In this document: positions 29,718 to 38,590 of the stretch, piece by piece
How the letters are laid out: every line of letters starts with the position of its first letter
Position numbering within the stretch: position 1 is the stretch's first letter
Assembly (NCBI GenBank): GCA_903872035.1
Contig: CAIQIZ010000022.1
Span: 5,156 to 69,155 of the forward strand
From: an uncultured bacterium
GTDB lineage: Bacteria > Patescibacteriota > Minisyncoccia > Phycocordibacterales > PALSA-1337
Direction of reading: 5' to 3'
Length of the DNA stretch: 64,000 bases
Made by a program: the position numbers and the translations under genes
The notes under the pieces: model-generated
What the model saw: the letters and a program-made list of their open reading frames with translations, nothing else
Told to the model about the DNA's origin: nothing
Databases searched by the model: none

Positions 29718-31109
29718 ATGCCTCGCAGAGTACAAGACATAGTTCCAGGAGAGCATCGTCACGTCAGGGATGTCCCTGCCGAACGACAAGTCGAGCGCGC
29801 TAAACCCGAGCGTCCCAAAATCGTACGCGAGACGAAGGACGCAGAGCCAGAACAAGAGATCAAGATTCATCACAAGCCTTTAGGCCCATTAGGTCCCGTC
29901 AGCAAGAAGCATCTTCTGGTAACCCCACCACCTCCGCGCGCAAAACGCCAAGGCAACCGATTGAAATGGTTGATTCTGGCTTTGAGCATCATCGCAATCA
30001 TCGGCATCATAGGATTTGTGGCTTCTTCGTATTATTCACGCGCGACATTCACAATCACGCCCAAAGTGATCGACGTTCCAGTCAATGGGACGTTCGTAGC
30101 GCAGATAGCATCAGCTACTAGTACTCTCGCTTATGAGGTTGTGACAGTCAAAGGGGCCGCGTCTAGCACTGTTGCGGCTACAGACGGTCCGTCAATATCA
30201 ACCAAGTCTACAGGAAAGATCACTCTATACAATTCCTATAGCAATCAGCCGGTGCGTCTTATAGCTGGAACACGTTTGAGCTCTGATGGCAATAGTATAT
30301 ATAGGTTGCCTGGTTCGGTGATAATACCCGGATATACGAATCCATCCGGAACAATCATGCCAGGGAAGACCGTCGTGTCGATCGTGGCTGATCAGCCCGG
30401 TCAAGCATACAATCTCACAAAATCTGACAATGTGGATAATTTCAAAGTTGTGGCGTATAAGGGTGGACCTAGATATGAAAGCGTATACGCAAAGATGGCC
30501 ACGGATATATCCGGAGGATTCGTGGGTGTGAAGAAGATCACAGATGCGTCCGCGGTTGCTTCTACTACGGCTAAGATAAAGGCGTATCTCACCACTTCGC
30601 TGCTAGCGCAAGCCAAGAGCGCAGTTCCGCAAGGATATATCATGTATGATAATAGCTATATTTCATCGTTCGCGACACCGGATGTTGGAGGTGTGATAGA
30701 ACGTTCTGCTACCATAACCTTACAAGGAACAGTTTACGGTATCATCTTCAAGAAGAATGAATTGTTAGCCAAAATCTCTAACGGCCAATCCGGCATGTCT
30801 TTCGGTAGTTTTAGTTACACGTCACCGGGACTGGAGGAACTGCAGGTTGCAATCGTCAATCTCAAAGATTTTTCTCCTAGCAAGAAGGTCTCATTGGTCA
30901 TGAAGGTTAAAGGTGATGTAAAGCTCATTGGCACGGTTCCGGTAGACGATATAGTGAAGAAACTAGAGGGTATTTCTTTAGCCAAAACTCAAGATGTTTT
31001 CAAATCGTACAGTTCTGTCATTGCTTCTGGTACTGGCGAGCTCGTTCCGCCTTGGGCAAAAATACCAAAAAATCCCAAGAGAATAGCGGTCACGGTGCAA
31101 ATGCCGTAG
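29718..31109 (+). CDS. Single-TM protein with extracellular baseplate-J-like beta domain
   Basis: Charged N-terminus, TM helix, GKITLYN...LIAGTRL...ADQPGQAYN. Confidence 0.55.
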   Translation: MPRRVQDIVPGEHRHVRDVPAERQVERAKPERPKIVRETKDAEPEQEIKIHHKPLGPLGPVSKKHLLVTPPPPRAKRQGNRLKWLILALSIIAIIGIIGFVASSYYSRATFTITPKVIDVPVNGTFVAQIASATSTLAYEVVTVKGAASSTVAATDGPSISTKSTGKITLYNSYSNQPVRLIAGTRLSSDGNSIYRLPGSVIIPGYTNPSGTIMPGKTVVSIVADQPGQAYNLTKSDNVDNFKVVAYKGGPRYESVYAKMATDISGGFVGVKKITDASAVASTTAKIKAYLTTSLLAQAKSAVPQGYIMYDNSYISSFATPDVGGVIERSATITLQGTVYGIIFKKNELLAKISNGQSGMSFGSFSYTSPGLEELQVAIVNLKDFSPSKKVSLVMKVKGDVKLIGTVPVDDIVKKLEGISLAKTQDVFKSYSSVIASGTGELVPPWAKIPKNPKRIAVTVQMP

Positions 31110-31152
31110 TGATATCTCAACGATTATTTATTATTAACATTAATATATTCTC

Positions 31153-31797
31153 ATGAATATTGAAGCGATGGAGCATCCAAAGGATGAGAGTGGTGAAGAT
31201 AATACGATCAACGAGCTAGGAAAAACGAGAAACTTTATCGATAAGACGGTTGCTATGGCCGCAGGCGCTGCTATATTCGCCGGCGCTTCTGCTGAAGCGG
31301 GCCAAAATAAATTTGCTGAGGATACTGTACCTGTAACCAAGGTCGTCACAGAACAAAAGATTCTCAATGTTAAGCCATCGGAGAAGATCTTTGTGGGCAA
31401 ATATGCGGATGATTTCGATAAGCTCGATAGAAGCAAATTGACGGAGGCTGGTAGCGCTTGGGCATCTGAACTACTGAATAAGCTGATCGAAGCTAGAGTA
31501 ATGATTCATGGTGGCACTGACGCGATGAGCTACCTAAAAGCAGGATACGGGGCATTTGCCAGGCATTATGAGGATTTCGTTAAGACAGCTGCGCTTCATT
31601 CGCCGGGGGATCATTTGTTCGTGGCACATACAGCTCAAATTCTATTGATAAATTTCGAAGAGGCTCTTGATTCCAATAGCGTCAATAGGACAAATATGAG
31701 CGCAGAAAGAAGTTATATGGAGGATTGCATCAAAAGATGCATGGGCGCTTATGATAGAGGAACGGCTGCTAATGACGGCCCTAAGTTCAAGTTCTAG
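31153..31797 (+). CDS. Hypothetical protein
   Basis: 214-aa ORF with a hydrophobic Ala-rich segment. Confidence 0.6.
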   Translation: MNIEAMEHPKDESGEDNTINELGKTRNFIDKTVAMAAGAAIFAGASAEAGQNKFAEDTVPVTKVVTEQKILNVKPSEKIFVGKYADDFDKLDRSKLTEAGSAWASELLNKLIEARVMIHGGTDAMSYLKAGYGAFARHYEDFVKTAALHSPGDHLFVAHTAQILLINFEEALDSNSVNRTNMSAERSYMEDCIKRCMGAYDRGTAANDGPKFKF

Positions 31798-31874
31798 TGC
31801 AAAAGGACAACAGGCATTGACTAAAATACCCTATATCTGCTACTATCGTGAAGCACCCGGAATATATAGTGTAA

Positions 31875-32096
31875 ATGGATACAGCTCCCAAATCTAAAAA
31901 TTTTGCGACCGGCGCGGTCGTTGAGGCTTTGCCCGACACGCTATTTCGAGTGGAGCTTTCCGAAAGCAAGGAAGTCATATTGGCTTACCTGGCCGGAAAA
32001 ATGCGAATGAATCGTATCCGTGTGCTTATTGGAGATAAGGTTGAATTGGAACTTGATCCGTACGGCGGACGAGCTCGCATAACGAGACGCTTGTAA
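31875..32096 (+). CDS. infA: Translation initiation factor IF-1
   Basis: [10 protein letters not shown]...[17 protein letters not shown]. Confidence 0.95.
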   Translation: MDTAPKSKNFATGAVVEALPDTLFRVELSESKEVILAYLAGKMRMNRIRVLIGDKVELELDPYGGRARITRRL

Positions 32097-32110
32097 TAGC
32101 GTTAAATACA

Positions 32111-32227
32111 ATGAGAGTAAAAGCATCTGTAAAGAAAATATGCGCGAAATGCAAGATCGTCAGGCGTGGCGGTTATTTATACGTTACCTGTAAGTCAAAT
32201 CCGCGACATAAGCAGAGACAAGGATAA
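32111..32227 (+). CDS. rpmJ: 50S ribosomal protein L36 (Zn-binding type)
   Basis: Hand translation [38 protein letters not shown]. Confidence 0.97.
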   Translation: MRVKASVKKICAKCKIVRRGGYLYVTCKSNPRHKQRQG

Positions 32228-32257
32228 TTTTCATATTTATATATTTATACAAGTACA

Positions 32258-32638
32258 ATGCGCATACTAGGAATAACATTACCCGAAAATAAGCGGATGG
32301 AAATAGCCTTGACGGCTATTTATGGCATCGGTCGTTCACGCGCCATGCTCGTTCTTTCGAAGGCAGGCGTCGAGGCCGGTATGAAGCCGAAGGAGCTTTC
32401 GGTAGATCAGGAGAATGCGTTACGTAAGCTGGTCGAAAGCTACAAGATCGAGGGCGACCTGAAGCGTGAAGTCGCGGGCAATATCAAACGCCTGAAAGAT
32501 ATCAAAGCCTACCGCGGTTCGCGACACGCAAGACATTTACCGGCGCGCGGTCAACGAACCAAGACCAATTCCAGGACTATTAGAGGAAACGTCAGGAAGA
32601 CTATGGGATCTGGTAAGAGGAAAGAAGAAAAGAAATAA
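32258..32638 (+). CDS. rpsM: 30S ribosomal protein S13
   Basis: ALTAIYGIG, RGQRTKTNSRT. Confidence 0.97.
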   Translation: MRILGITLPENKRMEIALTAIYGIGRSRAMLVLSKAGVEAGMKPKELSVDQENALRKLVESYKIEGDLKREVAGNIKRLKDIKAYRGSRHARHLPARGQRTKTNSRTIRGNVRKTMGSGKRKEEKK

Positions 32639-32646
32639 TCAATAAC

Positions 32647-33075
32647 ATGGGTAAAAAACGAATTGTAACAACAGGAGGAGCGGAAGCAGGTGGCGCTGAA
32701 AAGAGCGTCCAGGTTTCCAGCAAGAAGAGGGTCGACTCGGGTATTTTGCATGTCCAATCGACATATAACAATACCAAGCTCATGCTCACCGACAAACAGG
32801 GAAATGCCCTGATGTGGGGATCGAGCGGCGGAGCAGGATTTAGAGGAGCAAAAAAGGGTACTCCATTTGCGGCGGCCAAAGTCGGAGAGACATTGGCGCT
32901 CAAGGCACAGAACATCGGACTTCGAGAAGTTGATGTCGTGGTAAAGGGTGTCGGATCAGGCCGTGAATCAGCTATCCGCGGTTTTATCAGCAAAGGAGTC
33001 CTTATTTCATCTATCAAAGACGCTACACCAGTTCCGTTTAATGGGCCACAGCCGAAGAAGCCGCGACGCGTCTAA
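32647..33075 (+). CDS. rpsK: 30S ribosomal protein S11
   Basis: STYNNT, KKGTPFAA, GSGRESAIR. Confidence 0.97.
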   Translation: MGKKRIVTTGGAEAGGAEKSVQVSSKKRVDSGILHVQSTYNNTKLMLTDKQGNALMWGSSGGAGFRGAKKGTPFAAAKVGETLALKAQNIGLREVDVVVKGVGSGRESAIRGFISKGVLISSIKDATPVPFNGPQPKKPRRV

Positions 33076-33105
33076 TTCTACATCTAATCCCTAACCCCTA
33101 CATTT

Positions 33106-33714
33106 ATGAAAATCGGACCACGTTACAAAAAAGCTCGTTACCTCGGCGCCCCCGTCTTTCGAAAGACGCAGACGCAGAAGTTCGCCATGAGCTCACAGCG
33201 AAAGGTTAAGACTATGGGTGGCCGTCGTGGCGCCAAGAGCGAATTCGGCAAGCAGTTGTTGGAGAAGCAGAAGGCTCGATTCAGCTACGGTGTCGGCGGT
33301 AGGCAATTCACCAATTACGTCAAACAAGCATTGAAGACGACCGGAGACAATGGCAAGAACCTCATGCAGCTCTTGGAGGGGCGTTTGGATAATGTCATGG
33401 TCAGGGCCGGTTTCGCCCCCACCCGTTCAGCGGCTAGACAAATGGTCTCTCATGGCCATATCAAGGTAAATGACGTCATCGTCACCATCCCGTCATATCA
33501 CGTTTCTATCGGCGACCTCCTCACCATCCGCGAAGGCAGCAAAAAGAAGGTCATTTTTTCCAAGATCGACGAGGAGTTGCAGAATTTCAAATGGCCATCA
33601 TGGATCGTCGTCGATGCGGCCAAAAGAGAGATCAAGATCGTCGCCGAGCCGGTTGTCGATATGACCGAGCTTCTCTTCGATGTCAGGCAGGTGTTGGAAT
33701 TCTATACGCGCTAG
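33106..33714 (+). CDS. rpsD: 30S ribosomal protein S4
   Basis: LEGRLDN, ARQMVSHGHI. Confidence 0.97.
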   Translation: MKIGPRYKKARYLGAPVFRKTQTQKFAMSSQRKVKTMGGRRGAKSEFGKQLLEKQKARFSYGVGGRQFTNYVKQALKTTGDNGKNLMQLLEGRLDNVMVRAGFAPTRSAARQMVSHGHIKVNDVIVTIPSYHVSIGDLLTIREGSKKKVIFSKIDEELQNFKWPSWIVVDAAKREIKIVAEPVVDMTELLFDVRQVLEFYTR

Positions 33715-33768
33715 ACAAGAACAGGATTTGGTGTATAATTAATGGCCTATTTTTAATATTATAAAATC

Positions 33769-34755
33769 ATGATTTACGACGTCGTTCTACCATCACAACC
33801 CAAGGTCATCCGCGAGGAAGGCAACAGCGGTACCTACGAGATTGATGGCCTTTACCCAGGTTATGGCCACACCCTAGGCAATTCGTTGCGTAGGATCATT
33901 CTCTCGTCTTTACCAGGCGCGGCTGTGACAAAGGTCAAGATCAGAGGCGTCGATCATGAATTTTCTGCAATCGAAGGCGTCAAGGAAGACGTCATCATCA
34001 TTCTGTTGGCCCTCAAGAAGCTACGCATCCGACTCGATACCGATGAACCTCAGCTCCTTACACTCAACGTCAAAGGTGTCAAAGAGATTACCGCCAAAGA
34101 CATCACGGTTCCAGGCCAGGCTGAGATTTTGAATCCAGACCTGCATATCGCCACCTTAACCGAGAAGGATTCTGCGATCGATATCGAGATCTCTGTCGAG
34201 AAAGGGTTGGGTTATGTCTCCAAGGAAGTCATCCAGAAAGATCGCGTGGAGATAGGGGCTATCACTCTGGATGCCGCCTTTACACCGATCCGCAAAGCCA
34301 ACTATGAAGTCGAGAACATGCGCGTCGGAGATCGTACTGATTTCAATCGTCTTCGCCTGTCCATCGAGACCGATGGCACCATAAGTCCGAGAGAAGCTCT
34401 CGAGAAGTCTATTTCTCTCATGATCCACCAGCTCAAAGCTATCGTCGGATTCAAAGAGGAAGAAGTCGAAGCCAAGGAGGAAGGAGGAAGCAGCAAGGAG
34501 GAAGGAGCTGAGGTCTCTGCGGACGAAAAGCATGGTAAGGGTGAAATGGATACGGAGCTTATGAAGACTCGCATCGATTCACTGGGACTCTCTTCTCGAA
34601 CTGCCAAGGCTTTGACGGCTGGCAATATCCGCACTTTGGGAGGTCTGGCACGCAAGAAGGAGTCAGATATCATGGATGTCGATGGATTGGGCGCCAAAGG
34701 GATGCAGGAGATAAAGAAATTACTCGCACAACACGGAATCACGTTAAAACAGTAA
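33769..34755 (+). CDS. rpoA: RNA polymerase subunit alpha
   Basis: GYGHTLGNSLRRIILSSLPG and an alpha-CTD. Confidence 0.97.
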   Translation: MIYDVVLPSQPKVIREEGNSGTYEIDGLYPGYGHTLGNSLRRIILSSLPGAAVTKVKIRGVDHEFSAIEGVKEDVIIILLALKKLRIRLDTDEPQLLTLNVKGVKEITAKDITVPGQAEILNPDLHIATLTEKDSAIDIEISVEKGLGYVSKEVIQKDRVEIGAITLDAAFTPIRKANYEVENMRVGDRTDFNRLRLSIETDGTISPREALEKSISLMIHQLKAIVGFKEEEVEAKEEGGSSKEEGAEVSADEKHGKGEMDTELMKTRIDSLGLSSRTAKALTAGNIRTLGGLARKKESDIMDVDGLGAKGMQEIKKLLAQHGITLKQ

Positions 34756-34756
34756 A

Positions 34757-35107
34757 ATGAGACACCATTCAAACGTCAGAAAATTCGGCAGAGAGAAGAC
34801 TCAGAGGCACGCTCTGATCAGCTCTTTGGCGCGGAATCTGATTCGTGATTCCCGTATCCGGACGACTACGGCCAAGGCCAAGGAATTGCGCCCATTCGTT
34901 GAGAAGCTAGTCACCAAAGCAAAGACCGTTACGATCGCATCTCGTCGTTTAATAAATTCAAGGCTGCACAGCGCGGACGAGACAAAAAAGCTGTTCGACA
35001 CCGTCGCTCCGAAATACAAGGATCGGAAGGGTGGTTACACAAGGATCATCCGACTACCGAACAGAGACTTGGATGGTAGCTCGATGAGCTTGATAGAATT
35101 CGTATAA
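34757..35107 (+). CDS. rplQ: 50S ribosomal protein L17
   Basis: MRHH, TTTAKAKELR, GGYTRI. Confidence 0.97.
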   Translation: MRHHSNVRKFGREKTQRHALISSLARNLIRDSRIRTTTAKAKELRPFVEKLVTKAKTVTIASRRLINSRLHSADETKKLFDTVAPKYKDRKGGYTRIIRLPNRDLDGSSMSLIEFV

Positions 35108-35115
35108 CCTGTAGT

Positions 35116-35475
35116 ATGCATATCAATACCGTGAAATACACCATAGACGCACAAGGTAAGAAGTTAGGCAGAGTCGCCAGTGAAGCGGCCTCTGTTTTGA
35201 TGGGCAAGAAGTCTGTCACATTTGCCAAGAATACTGTACAAGATGTTCAGGTTGAGATCGCGAATGCAAAAAAGACTGATATTTCAGCTTTAAAGAAGAC
35301 ACGCGACATTTATGTCACCTATACTGGTTCACGCGGCGGTCTCAATAAGGAATCTCTCGGACAGTTGATCAATCGCCGTGGAATGACCGAGGTTTATCGT
35401 CGAGCAGTCAAGAGAATGTTGCCTGATAACAAGCTACGCGATCTTAGAATGAAGAATCTGAGCGTTAAAGAATAA
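35116..35475 (+). CDS. rplM: 50S ribosomal protein L13 (short)
   Basis: IDAQGKKLGRVAS...LMGK...AVKRMLP. Confidence 0.92.
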   Translation: MHINTVKYTIDAQGKKLGRVASEAASVLMGKKSVTFAKNTVQDVQVEIANAKKTDISALKKTRDIYVTYTGSRGGLNKESLGQLINRRGMTEVYRRAVKRMLPDNKLRDLRMKNLSVKE

Positions 35476-35489
35476 TATCAAATTCCAAA

Positions 35490-35900
35490 ATGGCCCCAAC
35501 TACCACCACAAACAAATATTTCGAAGCCGTCGGTCGTCGCAAGACCGCCATTGCTCGTGTCCGATTGTTCCCGGCTCCAAAGGCCAAGTATGAAGTCAAC
35601 GGAAAGGCTTTGGAAGAATATTTTCCAGTAAAAGAGATGCAACAGACGGCTATGGAGGCCATCGAAAATGGCAAAGCAGCCGAGAAGTTTCTGGTAACGG
35701 CCAAGATCGTCGGTGGTGGCATATCTGCCCAATCAGAAGCTATGAGACATGGCATTGCTCGCGCACTCCTGGTTTACGATATTGAGCTTCGTGGTGGTCT
35801 CAAGAAGCAAGGATTTTTGAAGAGAGATCCTCGCGCCAAGGAACGCCGTAAGTTCGGATTCAAGAAAGCCCGCAAGTCTCCACAGTGGTCGAAGAGATAA
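35490..35900 (+). CDS. rpsI: 30S ribosomal protein S9
   Basis: GRRKTAIARV, RDPRAKERRKFG...QWSKR. Confidence 0.97.
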   Translation: MAPTTTTNKYFEAVGRRKTAIARVRLFPAPKAKYEVNGKALEEYFPVKEMQQTAMEAIENGKAAEKFLVTAKIVGGGISAQSEAMRHGIARALLVYDIELRGGLKKQGFLKRDPRAKERRKFGFKKARKSPQWSKR

Positions 35901-35938
35901 GGAGGAAGAAGACAGGAGCAAGGAGGAAGGAAAATCTC

Positions 35939-35968
35939 AAAAAAGGGAGTGGCGACACTCCTTTTTTC
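35939..35968 (+). terminator. Terminator after the ribosomal operon
   Basis: AAAAAAGGGAGTG-gcga-CACTCCTTTTTT. Confidence 0.75.
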
Positions 35969-36009
35969 GTGGTAGTGTCTCATCGGAAGGAATTGAAATC
36001 TGTAAGTTT

Positions 36010-36321
36010 ATGAAAGCTGCATACGATACCTCGTGGAACCGGTTCGTTAACTTAGTTTGTGCTCCAATCATCTTTTTCACCCGCTTTCACCACCGCCGCA
36101 AGTTCAAGGCTGCCATGATCGAATTAAAAACGATTCTGGCAGATCCTCGTGGACGAATAGATGCGCCGCAGAAGGTCAAGATTCTTATGCCGGATGCCGT
36201 CTTCTTCGGAATCCCGGAGACGTTAGCTGGTTGCAATTCGTTTGCGGAATTGAAGAAAAAAGCGGAGGAATCGAAGAAAAGAGCCCTTTTGTTCACCATC
36301 CAGAAGCGTTCTGGAGGCTAG
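36010..36321 (+). CDS. Hypothetical protein
   Basis: 103-aa ORF with AAGGA upstream. Confidence 0.5.
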   Translation: MKAAYDTSWNRFVNLVCAPIIFFTRFHHRRKFKAAMIELKTILADPRGRIDAPQKVKILMPDAVFFGIPETLAGCNSFAELKKKAEESKKRALLFTIQKRSGG

Positions 36322-36352
36322 AATATTTCGACATACTCTGCTAGACTGATTT

Positions 36353-36509
36353 CGGACAAGCTGGGACGATGGACTAATTGGGACATTCAACCACCGTCAT
36401 ACGCCGAGTGGCAGATATGATAGCAAGCGTTCTTCTGAGGCGTGGTGCCTTCGCTTAGCAGTATTCTGACGGGTCGAGGTACATTGGGTGTATCTTTCCC
36501 AGCTGTCCG
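36353..36509 (+). ncRNA. Rod-shaped structured RNA, probable 6S RNA
   Basis: Terminal stem CGGAC(A)AGCTGGGA/TCCCAGCTGTCCG, internal CCGTCA/TGACGG stem and an unpaired ATTCAACCA bubble. TGCTAGACT -10 at ~36339-36347 and a hairpin plus U-tract at ~36522-36549. Confidence 0.6.
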
Positions 36510-36585
36510 CTCTTTTCTTCTGGCGTGCCGCTTCCCGGCCGCCTTTTTTGTTGCGCCAGTCGCAATTTTCCGCTATCCTTACCCT

Positions 36586-37188
36586 ATGTTCAAAAAGAAA
36601 GATGACAACGACATAATTCCCGAAAAAGACGTAGACAGAGCAGTTGACTCAGATATGAATGAAATGCTGGATGATTCTGTTGTCGCCGAGGAACACGCTG
36701 GCGATACTATCAAGAAGTTACGTGAAAAATTGAAGGCCTGTGAAGCAGAGAAGCTGGAGTACCTTACTGGTTGGCAGAGAGCCAAGGCAGATCTCATCAA
36801 TGCAAGGAGGCGCGATGAAACTGATCGTAAAGAATTCACGAAATTCGCCAACGAGCAGTTGTTGTTCGAATTGATTCCGGTACTTGAGAATTGGGATATG
36901 GCCTTGAGTCACAAGGAGTCATGGGAAAAAGCTGACAAGAATTGGCGCATCGGGGTTGAATCGATTTTCAATCAGCTAAGAAAGGCGCTGACAGACAATG
37001 GTCTGGTAGAAATCGATCCATTAAATGAGACGTTTGATCACGCTAAACACGAAGCTATTGAATATGAGCACGTTGATGATGCCAAGAAGGATCACGTCAT
37101 TTTGAATGTCATACAAAAAGGGTATTCGTTCAATGGAAAGATTCTCAAACCAGCAAAGGTGAAAGTTGGGGAGTTCTCCGCGAAGTGA
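36586..37188 (+). CDS. grpE: Nucleotide exchange factor GrpE
   Basis: QRAKADLIN, FDHAKHEA, QKGY...KPAKVKV. Start reassigned to ATG 36586. Confidence 0.95.
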   Translation: MFKKKDDNDIIPEKDVDRAVDSDMNEMLDDSVVAEEHAGDTIKKLREKLKACEAEKLEYLTGWQRAKADLINARRRDETDRKEFTKFANEQLLFELIPVLENWDMALSHKESWEKADKNWRIGVESIFNQLRKALTDNGLVEIDPLNETFDHAKHEAIEYEHVDDAKKDHVILNVIQKGYSFNGKILKPAKVKVGEFSAK

Positions 37189-37283
37189 AGCTAGGCGGCA
37201 AGTCTAGCACAATCTCGCGAGGTGAGACCTAGTGGAAATCATAAAGCCCCGCCAGCGAAGCTTTGAGCTTCGGGCGGGGTGAG

Positions 37284-37499
37284 TCAATACTTGCTGGACA
37301 ATCCGATAATGAACGCGAATACGAGCAATATGGCCCCTGCGATTTCCAGAGCCATATCCCTGCGCCCAGGGTAGGCATATTTCGCAGGCTTTGGCTTACG
37401 GAATAGATATTTCAGAGGGCCGATCTCACCTCGAACTATCAGAGAGATTCCGCATACCACCATTGCACATAGTATGATCGTAACTTTATCAATTCTCAT
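37284..37499 (-). CDS. Small two-TM hypothetical protein
   Basis: Two hydrophobic segments and a hairpin terminator at ~37243-37280. Confidence 0.55.
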   Translation of the reverse strand: MRIDKVTIILCAMVVCGISLIVRGEIGPLKYLFRKPKPAKYAYPGRRDMALEIAGAILLVFAFIIGLSSKY

Positions 37500-37602
37500 A
37501 GAACATAAATGTTTAACCTAATAGCTATACTATGAAATGCGTCAGTCGGGTGCCAAGTTGATTCGGCTTGCAACCGCGCAACTTTTCGTCTAAAATCATC
37601 GT

Positions 37603-37968
37603 ATGAAGAGCATGTTAGCCATATATGAACAGCCCAAGAATCTAAGTATAGACACTTCTGCGCCGCGATTTGTATCGCAAGTGTTCAGCGATCGTAACGG
37701 CCGCCAATTCAGGTTAACTTTCTTGGTAACGGTGATCAACGGAGAGTTGAATGGCCGTTTGATTTCAGCTGATCCACTATCGTCATCAGTTGCGAGTATC
37801 AGCGGTGAAGTTTCTGATACTAATGGCATCTTTTGTTTACCTATAGATAGCTCCAAGAAAGCGCCCGCCACCGAATACATTTTTGATTTCGTTCCGGTCA
37901 TTTCCCCGTATTTCTCATTGGAATTTCTCATAAATAGCCAACCTACCAGGGCGCCTTCTAGGAAATAG
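37603..37968 (+). CDS. Hypothetical protein
   Basis: 121-aa ORF with TAAAAT 6 nt upstream of the ATG. Confidence 0.6.
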   Translation: MKSMLAIYEQPKNLSIDTSAPRFVSQVFSDRNGRQFRLTFLVTVINGELNGRLISADPLSSSVASISGEVSDTNGIFCLPIDSSKKAPATEYIFDFVPVISPYFSLEFLINSQPTRAPSRK

Positions 37969-38224
37969 ACTGCAGAGGGCAGACCTCTGCGAATCGTGCC
38001 ACTACACTTAACTGTAGTGCCGCGATTTTAAGTGTTGGGGAGGGGAGACGTTCATTTCCTAAACATTTGAAAAGTGTCCGTTTTTCGGACAGTTTCGCAA
38101 AGTGAAGAAAAAGAGAATGTAACCCTTTCCGAGGGTAGACCTCGGAACAAAGTGGTTCATTAAAAGTCAGGCTAAAAAAATGTCGCCGGCATTGGTGCTG
38201 GCGACGAGGTGAACAAGCTACAAC

Positions 38225-38512
38225 TTACACGATTCTAAGCGACTTCGAATAGGATACTTGGTAGCTCGTCTGATCCGAAACTTCCTGAATGTCAGGCCAT
38301 GGAATCCGACGAGGCATCCCTTCCATTATGAGAACGTCGGATTGTGTCTCGTGACAATCTCGTAATTCGCCTTCGACTCTGAGTTTAATGTTCTTCAAAA
38401 TGCCGACACCAAGTAACCGAGCTGCACCAGCGACATTTTCAGCATTTACCTTAGCAACGGCTAACAAGTCTCCATCAAAGTACACCGAGATACGTAAGAT
38501 TGTGAACATCAT
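38225..38512 (-). CDS. Hypothetical protein
   Basis: AAGGAG ribosome-binding site on the - strand and a terminator hairpin at ~38175-38206. Confidence 0.55.
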   Translation of the reverse strand: MMFTILRISVYFDGDLLAVAKVNAENVAGAARLLGVGILKNIKLRVEGELRDCHETQSDVLIMEGMPRRIPWPDIQEVSDQTSYQVSYSKSLRIV

Positions 38513-38590
38513 AGTATGTATCTCCTTTCGGGAATTAGTTTAGCACATTATCAGTAATCAGTCAATCTTATTATTTAACATCGAAACACC

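Noticed and set aside
29718-31109. Prophage suggested by the baseplate-J-like domain
   Set aside because: No other phage genes nearby, and the protein is membrane-anchored in a housekeeping context.
36442-36585. N-terminal extension of GrpE in the ORF track
   Set aside because: It overlaps the structured RNA and terminator. The better start is ATG 36586 with a -10 box.
38540-38570. CIRCE operator upstream of dnaK
   Set aside because: Only the TTAGCAC half-site is present. No GTGCTAA occurs at the required spacing.
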